Below, one piece after another: positions 40,407 to 53,434 of a stretch of DNA of 64,000 nt. The notes below the pieces were generated by a model. It saw nothing but the letters and a program-made list of their open reading frames with translations, ran no database searches and was not told the DNA's origin. Position numbers and translations under genes: made by a program. The number at the start of each line of letters is the position of its first letter. Within the stretch, counting starts at the first letter, position 1. The DNA is from Octopus bimaculoides (taxonomy: Eukaryota), in NCBI RefSeq assembly GCF_001194135.2, contig NC_068987.1, positions 47,495,955-47,559,954 on the forward strand, written 5' to 3'.

Positions 40407-42309
40407 TATTTTGTTTAATGGCAGGTGTTATTATTGTTATTTTTAAAATAAATATTTTGTTTTGTATTATAACTCAATCGGATTTCATTTGAAATTGTAT
40501 TTTATTACAAATTCTTGCCTTATTTATGCAAATGAAGATTTTTGAAAGCAGTAGCAGTAAATACTACTCTTAAATTATTGGAATTACATGTCTTATGAAT
40601 AATTTTTCTCTGAATTTCTGCTGCACTGCTTTTGATGTTATTATCATTGTTTAACCCTAAGTCATTTGTAAATGATCAGATTTATGATCAATGGTATTCC
40701 TTTCATACCCTTCCTGCCTTTTTGTATATCAAGGATTACGTTGTCCAATATGTCCTTTTGTACTTGAGGGAATTTGGCTGCTAATATTCATTTTAAATTT
40801 TGGCACAAGTCAGCAATTTAACAGGTGGGGGTAAAATGATTACATTGACCCCAGTGTTCAACTGGTATTTATTTTATTAACCCTAAAAGGATGAAAGGTA
40901 AAGTTGGGCTTGGTGGAATTTGAACTCAGAATGTGAAGATGGATGAAATGTCGCTAGGCATTTTGTCCAGTGTGCTAATGCTTCTGCCAGCTTGACATCT
41001 TAGTTTGGCTGCTAATATTAGCAGGTTGTGTGTCCTAGTAGAGGGTTGCTCTAGCAAGGCCTGTCTCATTGCTTGAAGAAAAGTCTAAATTTTCCTTTTG
41101 GAATTTAGATCAAAAACTTGAGAGTGAATTTGGGAGATGGAAGCTAGGAAACTGAAAGAAGCCCATTGTGTTTGGGTGTGTGTGCATGTGTTTTTGTATC
41201 TCCTTGTCTTGACATTGTGCAATAGTTGTAAACAAGCTTCACTGTTATATAAGTGGTGCTGTTCATTTCCAAGTTTCTGTGAAGATATGTCTGGGTATGG
41301 GGAAATATTACCCTGCTTGGAAACATGTAAGGGTTGGCAACAGAACAGGCATCCAGGTTTAACAAATTCTGTCTAACACATACAAGCATGGAAAAGGGGA
41401 CATTAAGATGTTGCTATTGTTGTTGTTGTTGTTGTTGTTGTTGGCGGTGGTGGTGGTGTTGATGATAATGATGATGATGATGGTGGTGGTGGTAGTGGTG
41501 CTGGTGGCAGCGGCAATGATGATGATAGAATTATCATTCTCTCATAGTACAAACTCTTTTTTTTTTACCCCACATTTTGTGAGTATTTGAACTGATTTTT
41601 TCTACTTTTTAATGATCCGCACCAAGACTTCTTTCCTTAGACACTGATGTTTTATTATTTATTTATATTACATTTTGTAAATATAGTGGTGGCTATAGAT
41701 TTCCAATTGGATACTCTCTCAGTTCACAGCATTTATGATAACAAGAGTGTCAAAGGTTATCTCTACAAATATGGTAGAACAAATATCACAAGGGGTGTCA
41801 TTTGTAAGCACTGCAATTCTATTACTGATATTTATATCTGTCAGTAATTTACATTGCTAAAGGATGTGTGTGTGTGTGTGTGTGTGTGTGCATGCATGTG
41901 CACACACAACCACACACACACATCATCATCATCATTTAACATCCATTGATCATGCTGTCATGGGTTGGACAGTTTGACCAGAGCTAGCAAGCTGGAAGGC
42001 TGCACAAGACTACAATCTGATTTGGCATGGTTTCTACAGCTGGATGCCCTTCCTAATGCCAACCACTCCAAGAGTGGGTGCTTTTACATGCCACTGGCAT
42101 GCAAAAGCACCCACTGGCATTTGCGTGACATCAGTATCTGCCACAACTACGATTTTACTTGGCTTGATGGGTCTTCTTCTCAAGCACGATATAATGCCAA
42201 AGGCTTCGGTCTGTGCAACATATATGTGTGTGTTTGTTTGTATGTGTGTGTGCTGACTTATTTCATATGTATACAGTATATATTTATAAATCACTATTTG
42301 ACAAAGAAG

Positions 42310-43617
42310 TAAAAAGGTTATTTTCAAGAATGTACAGTGTACAGGTAGGAGTTCACCAAGGCTCAATTCTCAACCCCCCTCTTGTTTATCTTAGTCATCC
42401 CGGCCTTGACTGGCTATCCCTGGGAGCTCCTCTACACTAATGACTTTGTTCTTATAGCTGAATCATTACCTGACCTAGAGAAGAAATTTCAGGTGTTGAA
42501 ACAAGGCCTGAACTCTAAGGGTCTTAGAGTTAATTTAGCGAAAACCAAAGTCCTAGTAAGTAGGAAAACAGACAAATCAGAAGTCCCTTCTGGGAGATGG
42601 CCCTGCTCAATATGTAAGAAGGGTGTTGGTAGAAACTCTATACATTGTGTTGTACCCAGTGCAAGCTTTGGACACATGAAAAGTGTAGTGGTATCACAGG
42701 AAGGTTTCTGGAGAATATATTCTTTGTGTGTGGCAAATGTGCAAGTACAATAAGCACTAAAAATGCACAGACAATAGATCTTTATAAGTAGTAGATAGCA
42801 TTTGTTACCTAGGAGACCAAGTTAGAAGTGGTGGAGGAAGTTCTGAAAGTGTAGCTACTAGAATAAGAATAGCAAAGTTCAGAGAGCTTCTACCTTTGTT
42901 GGTAACTAAAGGCCTCTCTTTCAGAGTGAAAGGTAGATTGTATGATGCTTATGTATGTACAGCTATGTTACATGGCACTGAAACATGGACTTTGACTGCA
43001 GAGGACTTGCGAAGGCTTGGAAGAAATGAAGCTAGCATGCTCTGCTGGATGGGTAATGTAAGTGTGCATGCATGACAGTGGAAATGATTTAAGAGGAAAA
43101 CTGGGTATAAGAGGCATCATAGACTGTGTGCAAGAGAGAAGACTGTGCTGGTTTGGTCATGTGATGTGTATGGATGAGGACAGCTGCATAAAGAAGTGCC
43201 AACCTCTAATTGTGGAAGGTATTTGTGGAAAGGGTAGACCCAGGAAGACATGGGAAAAGTGGTGAGAAAGGATCCTCAGAGACTGGGCCTCACTGAGGAA
43301 ATGACAAATTACCAGATGTACCAATTTGCTGTACTTGATAACACATGTCAAGCTAAGTAAAATCAGGCTTGTCCTTTCAGGTGCTGGTGCCACATGAAAA
43401 GCACATGTGCCGGTGCTGCATAAATGCACCCATGCTGGTGGCATGTAAAAAACACCCAGCACATTCTGTAAAGTGGTTGGCATTAGGAAGGGCATCCAGC
43501 TGTAGAAACCATGCCACAACAGACACTTGGAGTCTGGACAGTTCCCAGCTGGCCAGCTCCATGTTAAACTGTCCAACACATGCCAACATAGAAAGCAGAC
43601 GTTAAACGATGATGATG
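42310..43617 (+). mobile_element. 5'-truncated RTE-clade LINE with 3' UTR and (GAT)n tail
   Basis: VHQGSILNP, YPWELLYTNDFVL, GLRVNLAKTK, RRLCWFGHV, GRPRKTW; same 3' tail as the 18.6-20.7 kb copy. Confidence 0.9.
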
Positions 43618-45814
43618 TTCCATTTCAGGTTTCCCTCTAATGGACGTCCTCCTAACTTGTTAGAAAAGTATATTATTTCTGTCTTATTTTTTAAATAATA
43701 GCCATCAGGTTAAGAATTGAGAAAGATGAAGAAAATGAGGGAGACCCAAAAAGACATGGCACAACACCTTCAAAGACCTAAAATGTTAGCATCACCTGAG
43801 AAGACATAGGCCACTATGCTAAAAACTAGGATTATTAGAGATGTCTTGTTGCCCAATGCACAGGCTAACTGTACAAGAGGAACTAAGACAAAGCCTTGGA
43901 CTAATCAAGAAAACATTCTTTATTTCAATGAAACACACCTTTGGAGAACTGTAACAACTATGTAATTACTGGGTGTATTGAATGAAGCAACAAATTGGGA
44001 AAAAAGTGAAAGTCTGTTTGTGAATAACAGCCTGTTTCAGTGGTTCACAACTGGGGTCCATTTAATCCTTGGGGATCCATATAAGATTTTGTTGTTAAAA
44101 TTCATGTGCAATAAATTGATTATACTTCTAGAATGCACAAAATATTTCAATTTTTTAAAATGCAATTCCTAATAATATTCAATTATAAAAATATATTAGG
44201 TTTTTTTAAACATCAAATGGTTATGAGGGCACACCCATGTAAAATAGGAATCAAGGGATCCCGAGATATAAAAATGGTTGAGAACCATTGGTGGTTTACA
44301 CCATAACCTTCTCTTGTCCAATATCTTTACAGTAGTCTGCCAATAAATATGTAGAAGAAAGAAGGTAAAGTGTTCAAGGCTTGCATGGAAGCAGCTTGTC
44401 AAAGTGTGTGAAATGGCAAAATGCTGTTTGTAGCTGACTGGAGGAAACTGTTTATTTTTTCTCAGGGGTCGCTAATATATGCCTAGCTCAAAGCTGAATT
44501 AAGACACTGTAAATGAAAATCAATCAAGTTTATCTAACTTCACCTCAGCTTCACTATAATAATGGTGAATTTCTGACAGGTTAAACAAATGGATTTTAAA
44601 TGCACAGTTAGAGAACAAAGGAGATGGAAGTGAGGACTTAGGTTTTGACCCTGTTAAGTACCCACTACAACTGTATAAAATTTATTTTTTTAATTGTAAT
44701 TCTACCAAACTGAAGCTGTATTTAAATTGTGTTTAATTTCCATTTCAGCATAGCGAGACACATAAATTCTTTAATTGTAAATGTATATATGATCATCAAG
44801 TAATATTCTAATATAATAATCTAATGTAAGGTGGTAAGCTGGTAGAATTGTTAGCACGCTAAGTAAAATGTTTAGTGGCATTTTGTCTGTCTATGTTCTG
44901 AGTTCAAATTCCGCTGAGGTCAACTTTACCTTTTGTCTTTTTGGGGGCAATGAAATAAGTACCAGTTGAATATTAGGAGCTGATGTAATCGACTTCCCCC
45001 CTTCCCCTGAATTTGCTGGCTTTGTGCCAAAATTTGAAACCAATAGAGTAATCTAATGTAGAAATTGTTTGTCTTTCTAATAAAATCAGATTCCACATCA
45101 GTTATTTCCCCCCATCTTTGGATTAGGACATGAACCAAGTATCTTCTGTTTGTCTGTCAACTATTGGTGGTCTATTGCACTGGAATTCTGGCTCATATTT
45201 TTTAGATATTGACATATAACTGCTCCATGCAGCTTCCCAATGGAAACAGAAAACAAAGATTAAGGCAAATTGGCAGGCATTAGAGCATAAGATAATACTG
45301 TCTGATATGTGTTCCCACTCTCTATATATGTTCTGAGTTAAAATCATGCTGAGCTCAACTTTGTCCTTCATACACTCACAATTGGGAAAAAAAGAATTGT
45401 ACATAGGTGATGGGTTGGTAAGAACTGTAAGAAAGTTGAGCTGGACATTTTGCTGCATTTGTTTTGGCTCTTTGTGTTGTTGGGTCAAATCTCACCATTG
45501 CTTATTTGGGTGGTTGACTTAACCTGTTGCCTGGTTTAGTATCATCACCTGGCACTTTGGATTTATTTAGAATAGTCCACTCCATTGCTAGCATTGTGGT
45601 AAGGTTTCCAGTCCAGGGATACTGTCCTTTCCCCTTCACCACCAGTCTGCAACAGGTCATCATCACTACCTTCTCTTCTCACTGAAAAGATTATTAAAAA
45701 AAAAAAAAGACAACGTGAAAGTAAATGATTAAGGTTACTAAAAAAAAAAACAAAGAAAAAAGAAAAAGTTAACATGAGGTGGGGGTGGATAAAAGAAATT
45801 TGATTATAGCATGT

Positions 45815-45908
45815 CTGGCTCTCCATAGTTTTAGCTTTCCTTTCTGTTTCCAGTCCAGCTTTTCCTAACTTCCTGTCGGCAGGAAGGCGCCGATGCGTTC
45901 TGGTATGT
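45815..45908 (+). promoter_or_regulatory. Putative promoter / non-coding exon 1 of ZNF C, with donor at 45903
   Basis: CTGTCGGCAGGAA at 45873-45885, then CTG|GTATGT; downstream intron sequence aligns by eye with the A and B copies. Implied intron 45903-48884 (2982 bp). Confidence 0.55.
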
Positions 45909-47135
45909 TCATGTCGTTCTTTCTCATCTCCCCCATTATCTATATAGTCCTATTGTACTTGCATTATACGCCAGTTGTTAGACATATTAGCTGTATTATA
46001 TTTATAGCTATTCACTAACTCTATTCTACTGATGACGAACTGGTTTCCTTTGTTTGATGTATGGGATGTGTTGTTGGTGGTCAGTGACAGCTGTTGATGT
46101 GGTTGTTGTTGTATGATGTAAATGTAGAGGGACAGTGTATCTCTCGTTGACTAAATAATTACACTCACACACTCTACTACAGTATTCACTTCTTGAACAT
46201 CTTTATTTATTCTCTATAAATAGTAATAATATCTAAAATGAATAGAATTATTCGGAGGCTTGAATTAAGAGAAAGATGACAAAATAATTTCCATTAACAG
46301 TTAAATAATCAAAAAGGTAATTAGAAAATGATAAAAATAGAACCGACACAAGACAAACGAAGATTCATCTCGAAAAAGTAATATTTACTACATAAATACA
46401 GCACACCTAATTGAAGGACCTCCCTATCCCCTCCGTGAAAGTGTCCCTTTAATGGTGTGACCAACTCTTATAAGGTTAACCGCAAGGTAGAGCTAATGGA
46501 ATGTCACTAACACGTATCTTAGATGGACGTGTTTCGAATATTGGGTGAAGGAATCTGATTATTCATTCTAGGTTAGATTTTTTTCGTCGCATACCTATCA
46601 ATGTTAGTCTTCTCTATTACCAGGTACCCTGCATCTAGGTCAGTTATTGTTTCAAGTTAGAAATGCTGTTGTGTGGCTGAGCAGTTAGGACCTCCCTCTA
46701 ACCATCTTTAAAACACAAACCCATTGACTAATATAGTCTATGCTATATTATGCCTGAAAGAGAAAAAAATGACGAGAATGGCTACAACTGTAATGCCTTG
46801 ATCATAGGTCAGCACGATCAAAGCTGACAACTCTCTCTCTCTCTCCCTCCCCCTCCTCCTCCCTCCNNNNNNNNNNNNNNNNNNNNNNNNNNNNNNNNNN
46901 NNNNNNNNNNNNNNNNNNNNNNNNNNNNNNNNNNNNNNNNNNNNNNNNNNNNCTCTCCTGGGGAGGGTTTGAACTCTGCATTGTACCTAAAGGAAAATAA
47001 CGTCAGTTATGCAGTGGCTCTTACTTCTGGCAGAAGTGAATGAACTACGTTAATTATCATGGATGGGGGCTGGCTGAAGTTACCTTCGCTGGAGACAATA
47101 TGGCAAGACTGGTGGTTAGATACAAACCTTAAACC

Positions 47136-47259
47136 CAGTGGTTTCCAACCTTTTTACTACCAAGGATCCCTTTTGATATGCTTATATATATATGAAATTT
47201 TGAACTTACTTCACAGACCTCCATTCCTACCTTTGTAGACCACAGGTTAGGAACCGCTG
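47136..47259. mobile_element. hAT MITE with 8-bp TSD
   Basis: CAGTGGTTTCCAACC ... GGTTAGGAACCGCTG termini; flanks cttaaacc / ctttaacc (7/8 match). Confidence 0.75.
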
Positions 47260-49017
47260 CTTTAACCAATCCATCTGCAGGTTAGCCACCTACCAACTTC
47301 AGATTACCAGTCATGACACTGGCACTCCTCTAAAATATTATTTTCACTCAAATTTGAAAAGAAAAGGAAAAGAAAAATTAATTTCCTCAATTCATGTTTA
47401 TTCAGTCTTTCTGATACAAACCAACCCGAGATGGCCACTGGTTGTATCTAATCTCTAACTCTTATATCTATTTTAAAATCTTACTTCATAATTTTAAACT
47501 AAGAACCTTTGTTATGTTTCAAACATCATCTTAATATCGAGTAAGTTCATTATTTTACTAAATCACTCCAAATTTTTGTTTACTTTCTGAATTAATTGAG
47601 CGTCTCTCTCTGACAGCAATACTTGTTCTGGCATTATTTTTCTATATATTGCTGACATGGAGATGAGTCACTGCTATCTCTAGCAGTCAAGTGTCCATCA
47701 TTGACAAGACCAAGGAAGGTCAACATGATGTGACTTGGTGGTCTCAGTGCCAGAGATGACAGGGATTCATCTGCCCACTAGCAATATAAACAAGAGCGCG
47801 TTTTGCAACAAAAGCCACTGACAGCACCTCTCGTGGTATCTACCTCGGAATAGTTTGTCCTAACAGAACATCCACACTTAAGTTGGGATATATATTACCT
47901 CTCAATATTAATACTGCTTCTGTTGCTAATATATAACTGAACAGTATTTTTCAGTAGAAATATGGTCAAGAATTGGTTAATTCCATATCTAGTATCTGAT
48001 TAGCTCTAATTTTAGTAGTATTTTTCTATTGTTCCTATTTATAAAACTTGGATGGGGCTATTAAAAATTGAGTGTCATTGCTAGCTGGGCTAGAATGGCT
48101 TCACAGTGCAACATCAGAATATGAATTGCTGACCTTTTTAGTTTGGTTATTATTTCATATCTTTATTTTGAAGTTTATCTGAAAGATTTTTTTGTCTGAG
48201 AGAATGCATATCTTTTACTCGTTTCAGTTATTAAACTGCAATCATGCTGGGGCACTACCTTGAAGTGTTTTTAGTTGAATACGTTGACTCCAGTACTTAT
48301 TTTTAAGTCAGTTACTTACTCTATCGGTGTCTTTTACCAAACTTCTAAGTTACAGGGATGTACACAAACTAACACTGGTTATCAAACAGTAGTGGAGAGC
48401 AGACAGACACAAAAATAGTTGGTGGTAAGGAGATTTAATATCAACGTAGTGGTTGAGAGAAACACAAATGTAAATACTACTAGTACCATCATCATCATTT
48501 TATGTCCAGTAGCTCAAAATAAATTAGCCATGGGATAGAACCTAGAGCTATGTGGTTGTGAAGTGATCTTCTTGGCCATATACCATGCCTGTACCCTTTA
48601 GTGATATCATTTAACATTCCGAGTTGAACTCCTACTGAATTGCTTTTCATCCTCTGTGTTTGATAAGTGTTAGTTATATGCTAGGATAAATAGAACTGAT
48701 TATAGTACACCTCTATGGTCTTGTACTAATGTTAGAAATTTTTGTTTTAAGGTAATATCAATTGTCTTTAGGACAGAAAAGTTGTATAAAGGAATCATTT
48801 CCTATCACTTGCGAATATAGGAAGACTAAAAACCATAGTGATGGTGATTATAAGGATTATTATTTATTTATTTATATATTTCAGAATGAAGTAAAGAAGT
48901 TGAAGAAAATTCAAGTTGCTTGTGTCCTATTGGGATTAAACAGAATATTGTGACATCTCTGCTATTGTGGTGTATGTGACAAGGACATTATCCATATTTT
49001 TATTCCTGGAAGATCTC

Positions 49018-49635
49018 ATGAAGGCACACACTTCAGCAAGACGTTACCCATGCGAAACATGTGGCAAAACATTCTCACAAAATTCCCATCTTTCAAGACA
49101 CATAAGAACACATACAGGAGAGAAGCCTTTCCGCTGCGAAGTCTGTGGCAAGGGCTTCCCTGAGAATTATACATTAAAAACCCACATGAAAACCCACACA
49201 GGAGTGAAACCTTTCCATTGTGATATATGTGATAAAGACTTTACTGAAAAAGCCACATTGATAAAACACACACGCAGCCATACAGGGCTAAGACCCTACA
49301 GCTGTGAAACCTGTGGGGACAGTTTTGCAGATCATTCTACTTTAAGAACACACATAAGAACTCACACAGGAGAGAAACCATACCATTGTGAGATTTGTGG
49401 GAAAGACTTTGCAGTCCATTCTAACTTCAAAAAACACCTTCGAATCCATGCCCGACAACAAGAATTATTCCAGTGTGAAAATTGCGGGGAAAAATTCTCT
49501 CATAGATTTTATTTAATGAAGCATGTGGAAACACATGCACCAAAATCCATTACACAACTGCGTTGTCAGATTTGTGGTGACAATTTTATTGATAGTGTTG
49601 CTTTGCAAAGTCATTTAAAGATTCATAATGATTAG
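49018..49635 (+). CDS. C2H2 zinc-finger protein, paralog C (N-terminally truncated, 7 intact fingers, about 205 aa from internal ATG)
   Basis: F2-F8 keep all Cys/His ligands. The cognate start is lost, the F1 frame has TGA at 48951-48953, a +1 frameshift follows YCGVCDKDIIHIF, and the first His of F1 is Leu. First in-frame ATG is 49018 (the ORF track starts at GTG 48967). Acceptor AG at 48883-48884. Could instead be a young pseudogene. Confidence 0.7.
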   Translation: MKAHTSARRYPCETCGKTFSQNSHLSRHIRTHTGEKPFRCEVCGKGFPENYTLKTHMKTHTGVKPFHCDICDKDFTEKATLIKHTRSHTGLRPYSCETCGDSFADHSTLRTHIRTHTGEKPYHCEICGKDFAVHSNFKKHLRIHARQQELFQCENCGEKFSHRFYLMKHVETHAPKSITQLRCQICGDNFIDSVALQSHLKIHND

Positions 49636-49850
49636 TAGATATTTCAGAGACCACTAACTTTCATAGCAAGAGATAAAAGGTATAAAGATAGAATTTCTCA
49701 ATTAATTAATTCAAAGTTACTGTATTTTCCAGCATACAAGTTGAATTTTTCATACAAAAATTTACAGCCAAAACTTATACACCAAGATGAATTTGGAGAA
49801 CCAAAAATTCCATGTGAAATTCAGCAGGATTTGGAAAGATAGTGAAGATG

Positions 49851-50248
49851 TTTACTCTTTTACTTGTTTCAGTCATTTGACTGTGGCCATGCTGGAGCCC
49901 CACCTTTAGTCGAGCAAATTGACTCCAGGACTTATTCTTTGTAAGCCTATTACTTATTCTATCGGTCTCTTTTGTCGAACCACTAAATTACGGGGACGTA
50001 AACATACCAGCATTGGTTGTCAAACAATGTTGCGGGGGACAAACACAGACACACAAACATACATATATATATATATACATATACACGATGGGCTTCTTTC
50101 AGTTTCCGTCTACCAAATCCACTCACAAGGCTTTAGTTGGCTCGAGGCTATAGTAGAAGACACTTGCCCAAGGTGCCACGCAGTGGGACTGAACCTGGAA
50201 CCATGTGGTTCGTAAGCAAGCTACTTACCGCACAGCCACTCCTATGCC
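49851..50248 (-). mobile_element. tRNA-derived SINE, family 1, near full length (other - copies at about 31910-32265, 36645-37015, 37450-37735, 48215-48410 and many fragments)
   Basis: Minus-strand head ggagtggctgtgcggtaagtagcttgct..ggttcagtcccactgcg and a body shared by many copies in the window. May correspond to a described octopus SINE family, but not assignable without a search. Confidence 0.8.
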
Positions 50249-50867
50249 ATGTTTGTTTATACTATACATTATGTTGAGTTATATACCAAAAAATACAGTT
50301 TAGCAGTTTCCCTAAAGATACCAATTCTGGCATTGCATGACACAAATACATGGTAGTTAGTAGATATAGTTGGTACTAGATTATAGAAGTCAGTGAATTA
50401 GGCTAAAGAAATTCTTCTAAGGCAAATATTAGTTTTTAACATTTTTTTAGAGTTAACTGGTGTATGCTGACATAGATACCTTAAATGAAAGGTATCAAAA
50501 TTATACTTTATGTGAAGCAAAATATTTTTAGCAAAAATATTAACAGAAAAATATGACACTATTCTGTGTACATACAATTGTAAGTGAAACCATACCCACT
50601 ATATACATGCACTAATATATTTGTCAACAGAGTGGGTATATTAATTGAATTGTCAGTATTAAATATTCATTATGGCTGATCTTACTAATTGGATTCACAC
50701 TGGTTGTTAAACTAGATGTTAGATAGGAATCTGATTGTGTACCCCTGTACTCATCAGAGCTGGAAACTACGGAAGAAATATTTTCTTTCATCTAACATTC
50801 GGTTTAACACCCAATGTGAAACCAAGTGGTAAGATCAGCCATAATAGATATATGATACTGTACACTT

Positions 50868-50924
<57 letters not shown>

Positions 50925-51133
50925 TATAAAGCAATGAGTACAAAAAGAAGACAGCATAGGAGAGACAAGTTTTAACAAATGTTGTATGTTTATATATATA
51001 TATAGTCACAATGATGATATTTAGACCTCTTACAGGGATATTTTTATCCAAGATACACTGGTTTGATATATTGTATTTTGAAGAGATATTTTCTTCAATG
51101 AATATATTATATAAAATATCAAACATTATTATT

Positions 51134-51560
51134 AAGTTTGAAAACAAAGAAATCTAATGGATACAGATTAATTTATTAATTAATTAACATCTTCACCTAC
51201 AATTGTTTCATTTTGCATCCAATTTAAACTACAAAACATATATAAATCTTGTTTTTCAAAATATCTTGGGAGGAAAATCATCAGGACATGAAAAAGGACA
51301 ATATAAGGATTACATTATAATCTGTTTGAATACTCCTAGATATTATTCTTAGTATATTGGAGTATTCCAACAGATTGTAAAGTAATCCTTGTATTGTCCA
51401 TTTTTATTCCTGATGATTTTCCATCCAAGGTATTTTGAAATGCAAGATTATATATTTATATGTTTTGTAGTTTAAATTGGATACACAATGAAACAATTTT
51501 AGGGAAGATGTTAATTAATAAATTAATTTGTATCCATTAAATCTCTCTGTTTTCAAACTT
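51134..51560. repeat. 427-bp foldback (about 200-bp inverted arms, 22-nt loop)
   Basis: Left arm aagtttgaaaac...gaatactcc pairs with right arm ggagtattc...gttttcaaactt; roughly 85-90% identical by eye. Confidence 0.9.
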
Positions 51561-51610
51561 AAAGATAATAATATATATATATATATGTGAATTTTACTTC
51601 ATTTAAAATA

Positions 51611-52902
51611 CAGGGTTGGGCAGAGAGGACATGTTTTTGAACAATTTACAAAATCATTAATTTTAGCTGCAAACAAATTTTATAGACATCAATGTGTCAA
51701 AATCAAGTGTGGAAAACAACATCCATCAGATGGTGTCTGTTTTCATTGATGCATTTCTGAAGGTGTTCTTGGAAATTGGCCTCTACTCTCTCCAGCATTG
51801 CTCTGTTGATTTGGGTGATTTCCACGCAAACAGCTTCCTTCAGATTGTTCAATGTATAGGGCTTATGCACATACACGTATGCCTTGAGAAATAATTACAC
51901 ATGGACAAATTTGGGGACCGAGGGGGCCAAGGAACATCAGTAGACCTGGAAATGAGGTGGTCACCGAAGAGAGGGCAAAGAATGTCCATTGATGCTCTGG
52001 CTGTGTGGGCTGTTGCCCTATCCTGCTGAAACCACAAGCATTGAATAGGCATATGTTTCATTGTAATTTAGGCAGAAAGAAGTTGTTTATCAATTGGATG
52101 TAACACTCGGAGTTCATAGTAACAGTATTTCCATTAGTCTTCAAATAAGTAAAGACCAATGACGGCAGCTTTTCCAATAGCACATCAGACCATCACTTTT
52201 AGGTTTGCAGTGATCTTTCATGCAGTTCTCTTGGATTTTCAAGAGCCCAATAACAACAGTTCTGTTAATTCACCATGCCATTGAGATGAAAATGAGCTTC
52301 ATCACTCATTAACAAAATGAGGTCATTTGCCTCAAAAATTGCTGCCATCTGATGTGTGAAGTTAAGCCACTGTGCATAGTCCCATGTTTTCATCCGATAC
52401 CTAGTGACCAATTTGTATGGGTGGAAATGCAGGTCTTCATGCAAAATATGCCTTACTGATTGATTAATGATGCCAACTTCAGTGGAATGTCTCTGAGCAT
52501 AGTGATTTGGACTCCCTATCAAAGCTTTCTGAGGCATTCCACATTTTCCACGGTCTGTACTGTTTGTGGTGCCCTCACCAGTCTCGTATTCTTTAGTGTA
52601 CCTTGTGTACGAAGTGCATTCACCCAATGTAAGATTGTGTTATGGGTGGGAACTGCCTGATTTTGGTAAATGTTGAAGTGGCACCGAAACTCATTCAGAA
52701 TTGCTATGACAGACTCCTTCTTCATATAATTGTTGTAGGCAAACATGCGATGCTCTATCATCCACAGCACCATGGCTTCACCTGAAAAGAAAAAAAAATG
52801 TCAAGACACCACGGACCGAATGGTACCTGTTGGACATATGTCCCTCCCCCTGTGGTTGAGTAATAGCCATTTCAGAAACGTCCACCTCTCTTCCCCACCC
52901 TG
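51611..52902 (-). mobile_element. Decayed Tc1/mariner-superfamily transposon (DUF4817-type N-terminus)
   Basis: TA|CAGGGTTGGGCAGAGAG ... CTCTCTTCCCCACCCTG|TA; motifs MSDEAHFHLNG, WFQQDRATAHTA and WPPRSPNLS in broken frames. Confidence 0.9.
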
Positions 52903-53229
52903 TAGTATAAAGGGTTTATATAATTTCTCAGTAAGAAAGAACACAGAGGCAATGCAATCACTACAGTTTGCTGTGAATATAACCACTTTTAGACATTTAT
53001 CTACTTTTGTAAATTTTATTTCACTTAAAATTGTAGAAACATTAATCAAATGTGTATAAATGAAATTATTTAATTGTGATTTATTAAACAAATATTGAAT
53101 AATTAGTGACATTACAGCTCTTTGATCATCTTCTAGAGAAAAATCTCTCTTTCTCTCTCACACTTTTAGTTACAAAAAAGTTATCAGTATTAGCTGACAA
53201 AAAAAATTAAAAGATTTTCTTTGTAGGAT

Positions 53230-53434
53230 AATTCTTTTAATACCAGCCATCTAGGACTGCCCCTGGTTCTGTGGTACAAACTTGTTTTAAATTAATCTAA
53301 ATCATAACCTTTCGTTAAAATTATGTCTAACACACCAGCTAAATGATTACTGTTATTTTACTAAATTCATCAACATTTTCGAAAGTAACTGAAGCAAAGC
53401 ACTGTTTTTCTTCAGAATTATGGTAACAAAAGGG
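53230..53434. mobile_element. piggyBac-like MITE, second family (relatives near 13910-14158, 24460-24670 and 47420-47580)
   Basis: Right end AAAAGGG|TTAA; left end degenerate; body shared with the other copies. Confidence 0.55.

Noticed and set aside
50150-50248. tRNA-like sequences with A/B boxes
   Set aside because: They are heads of multi-copy SINEs attached to non-tRNA bodies; no complete cloverleaf could be supported.
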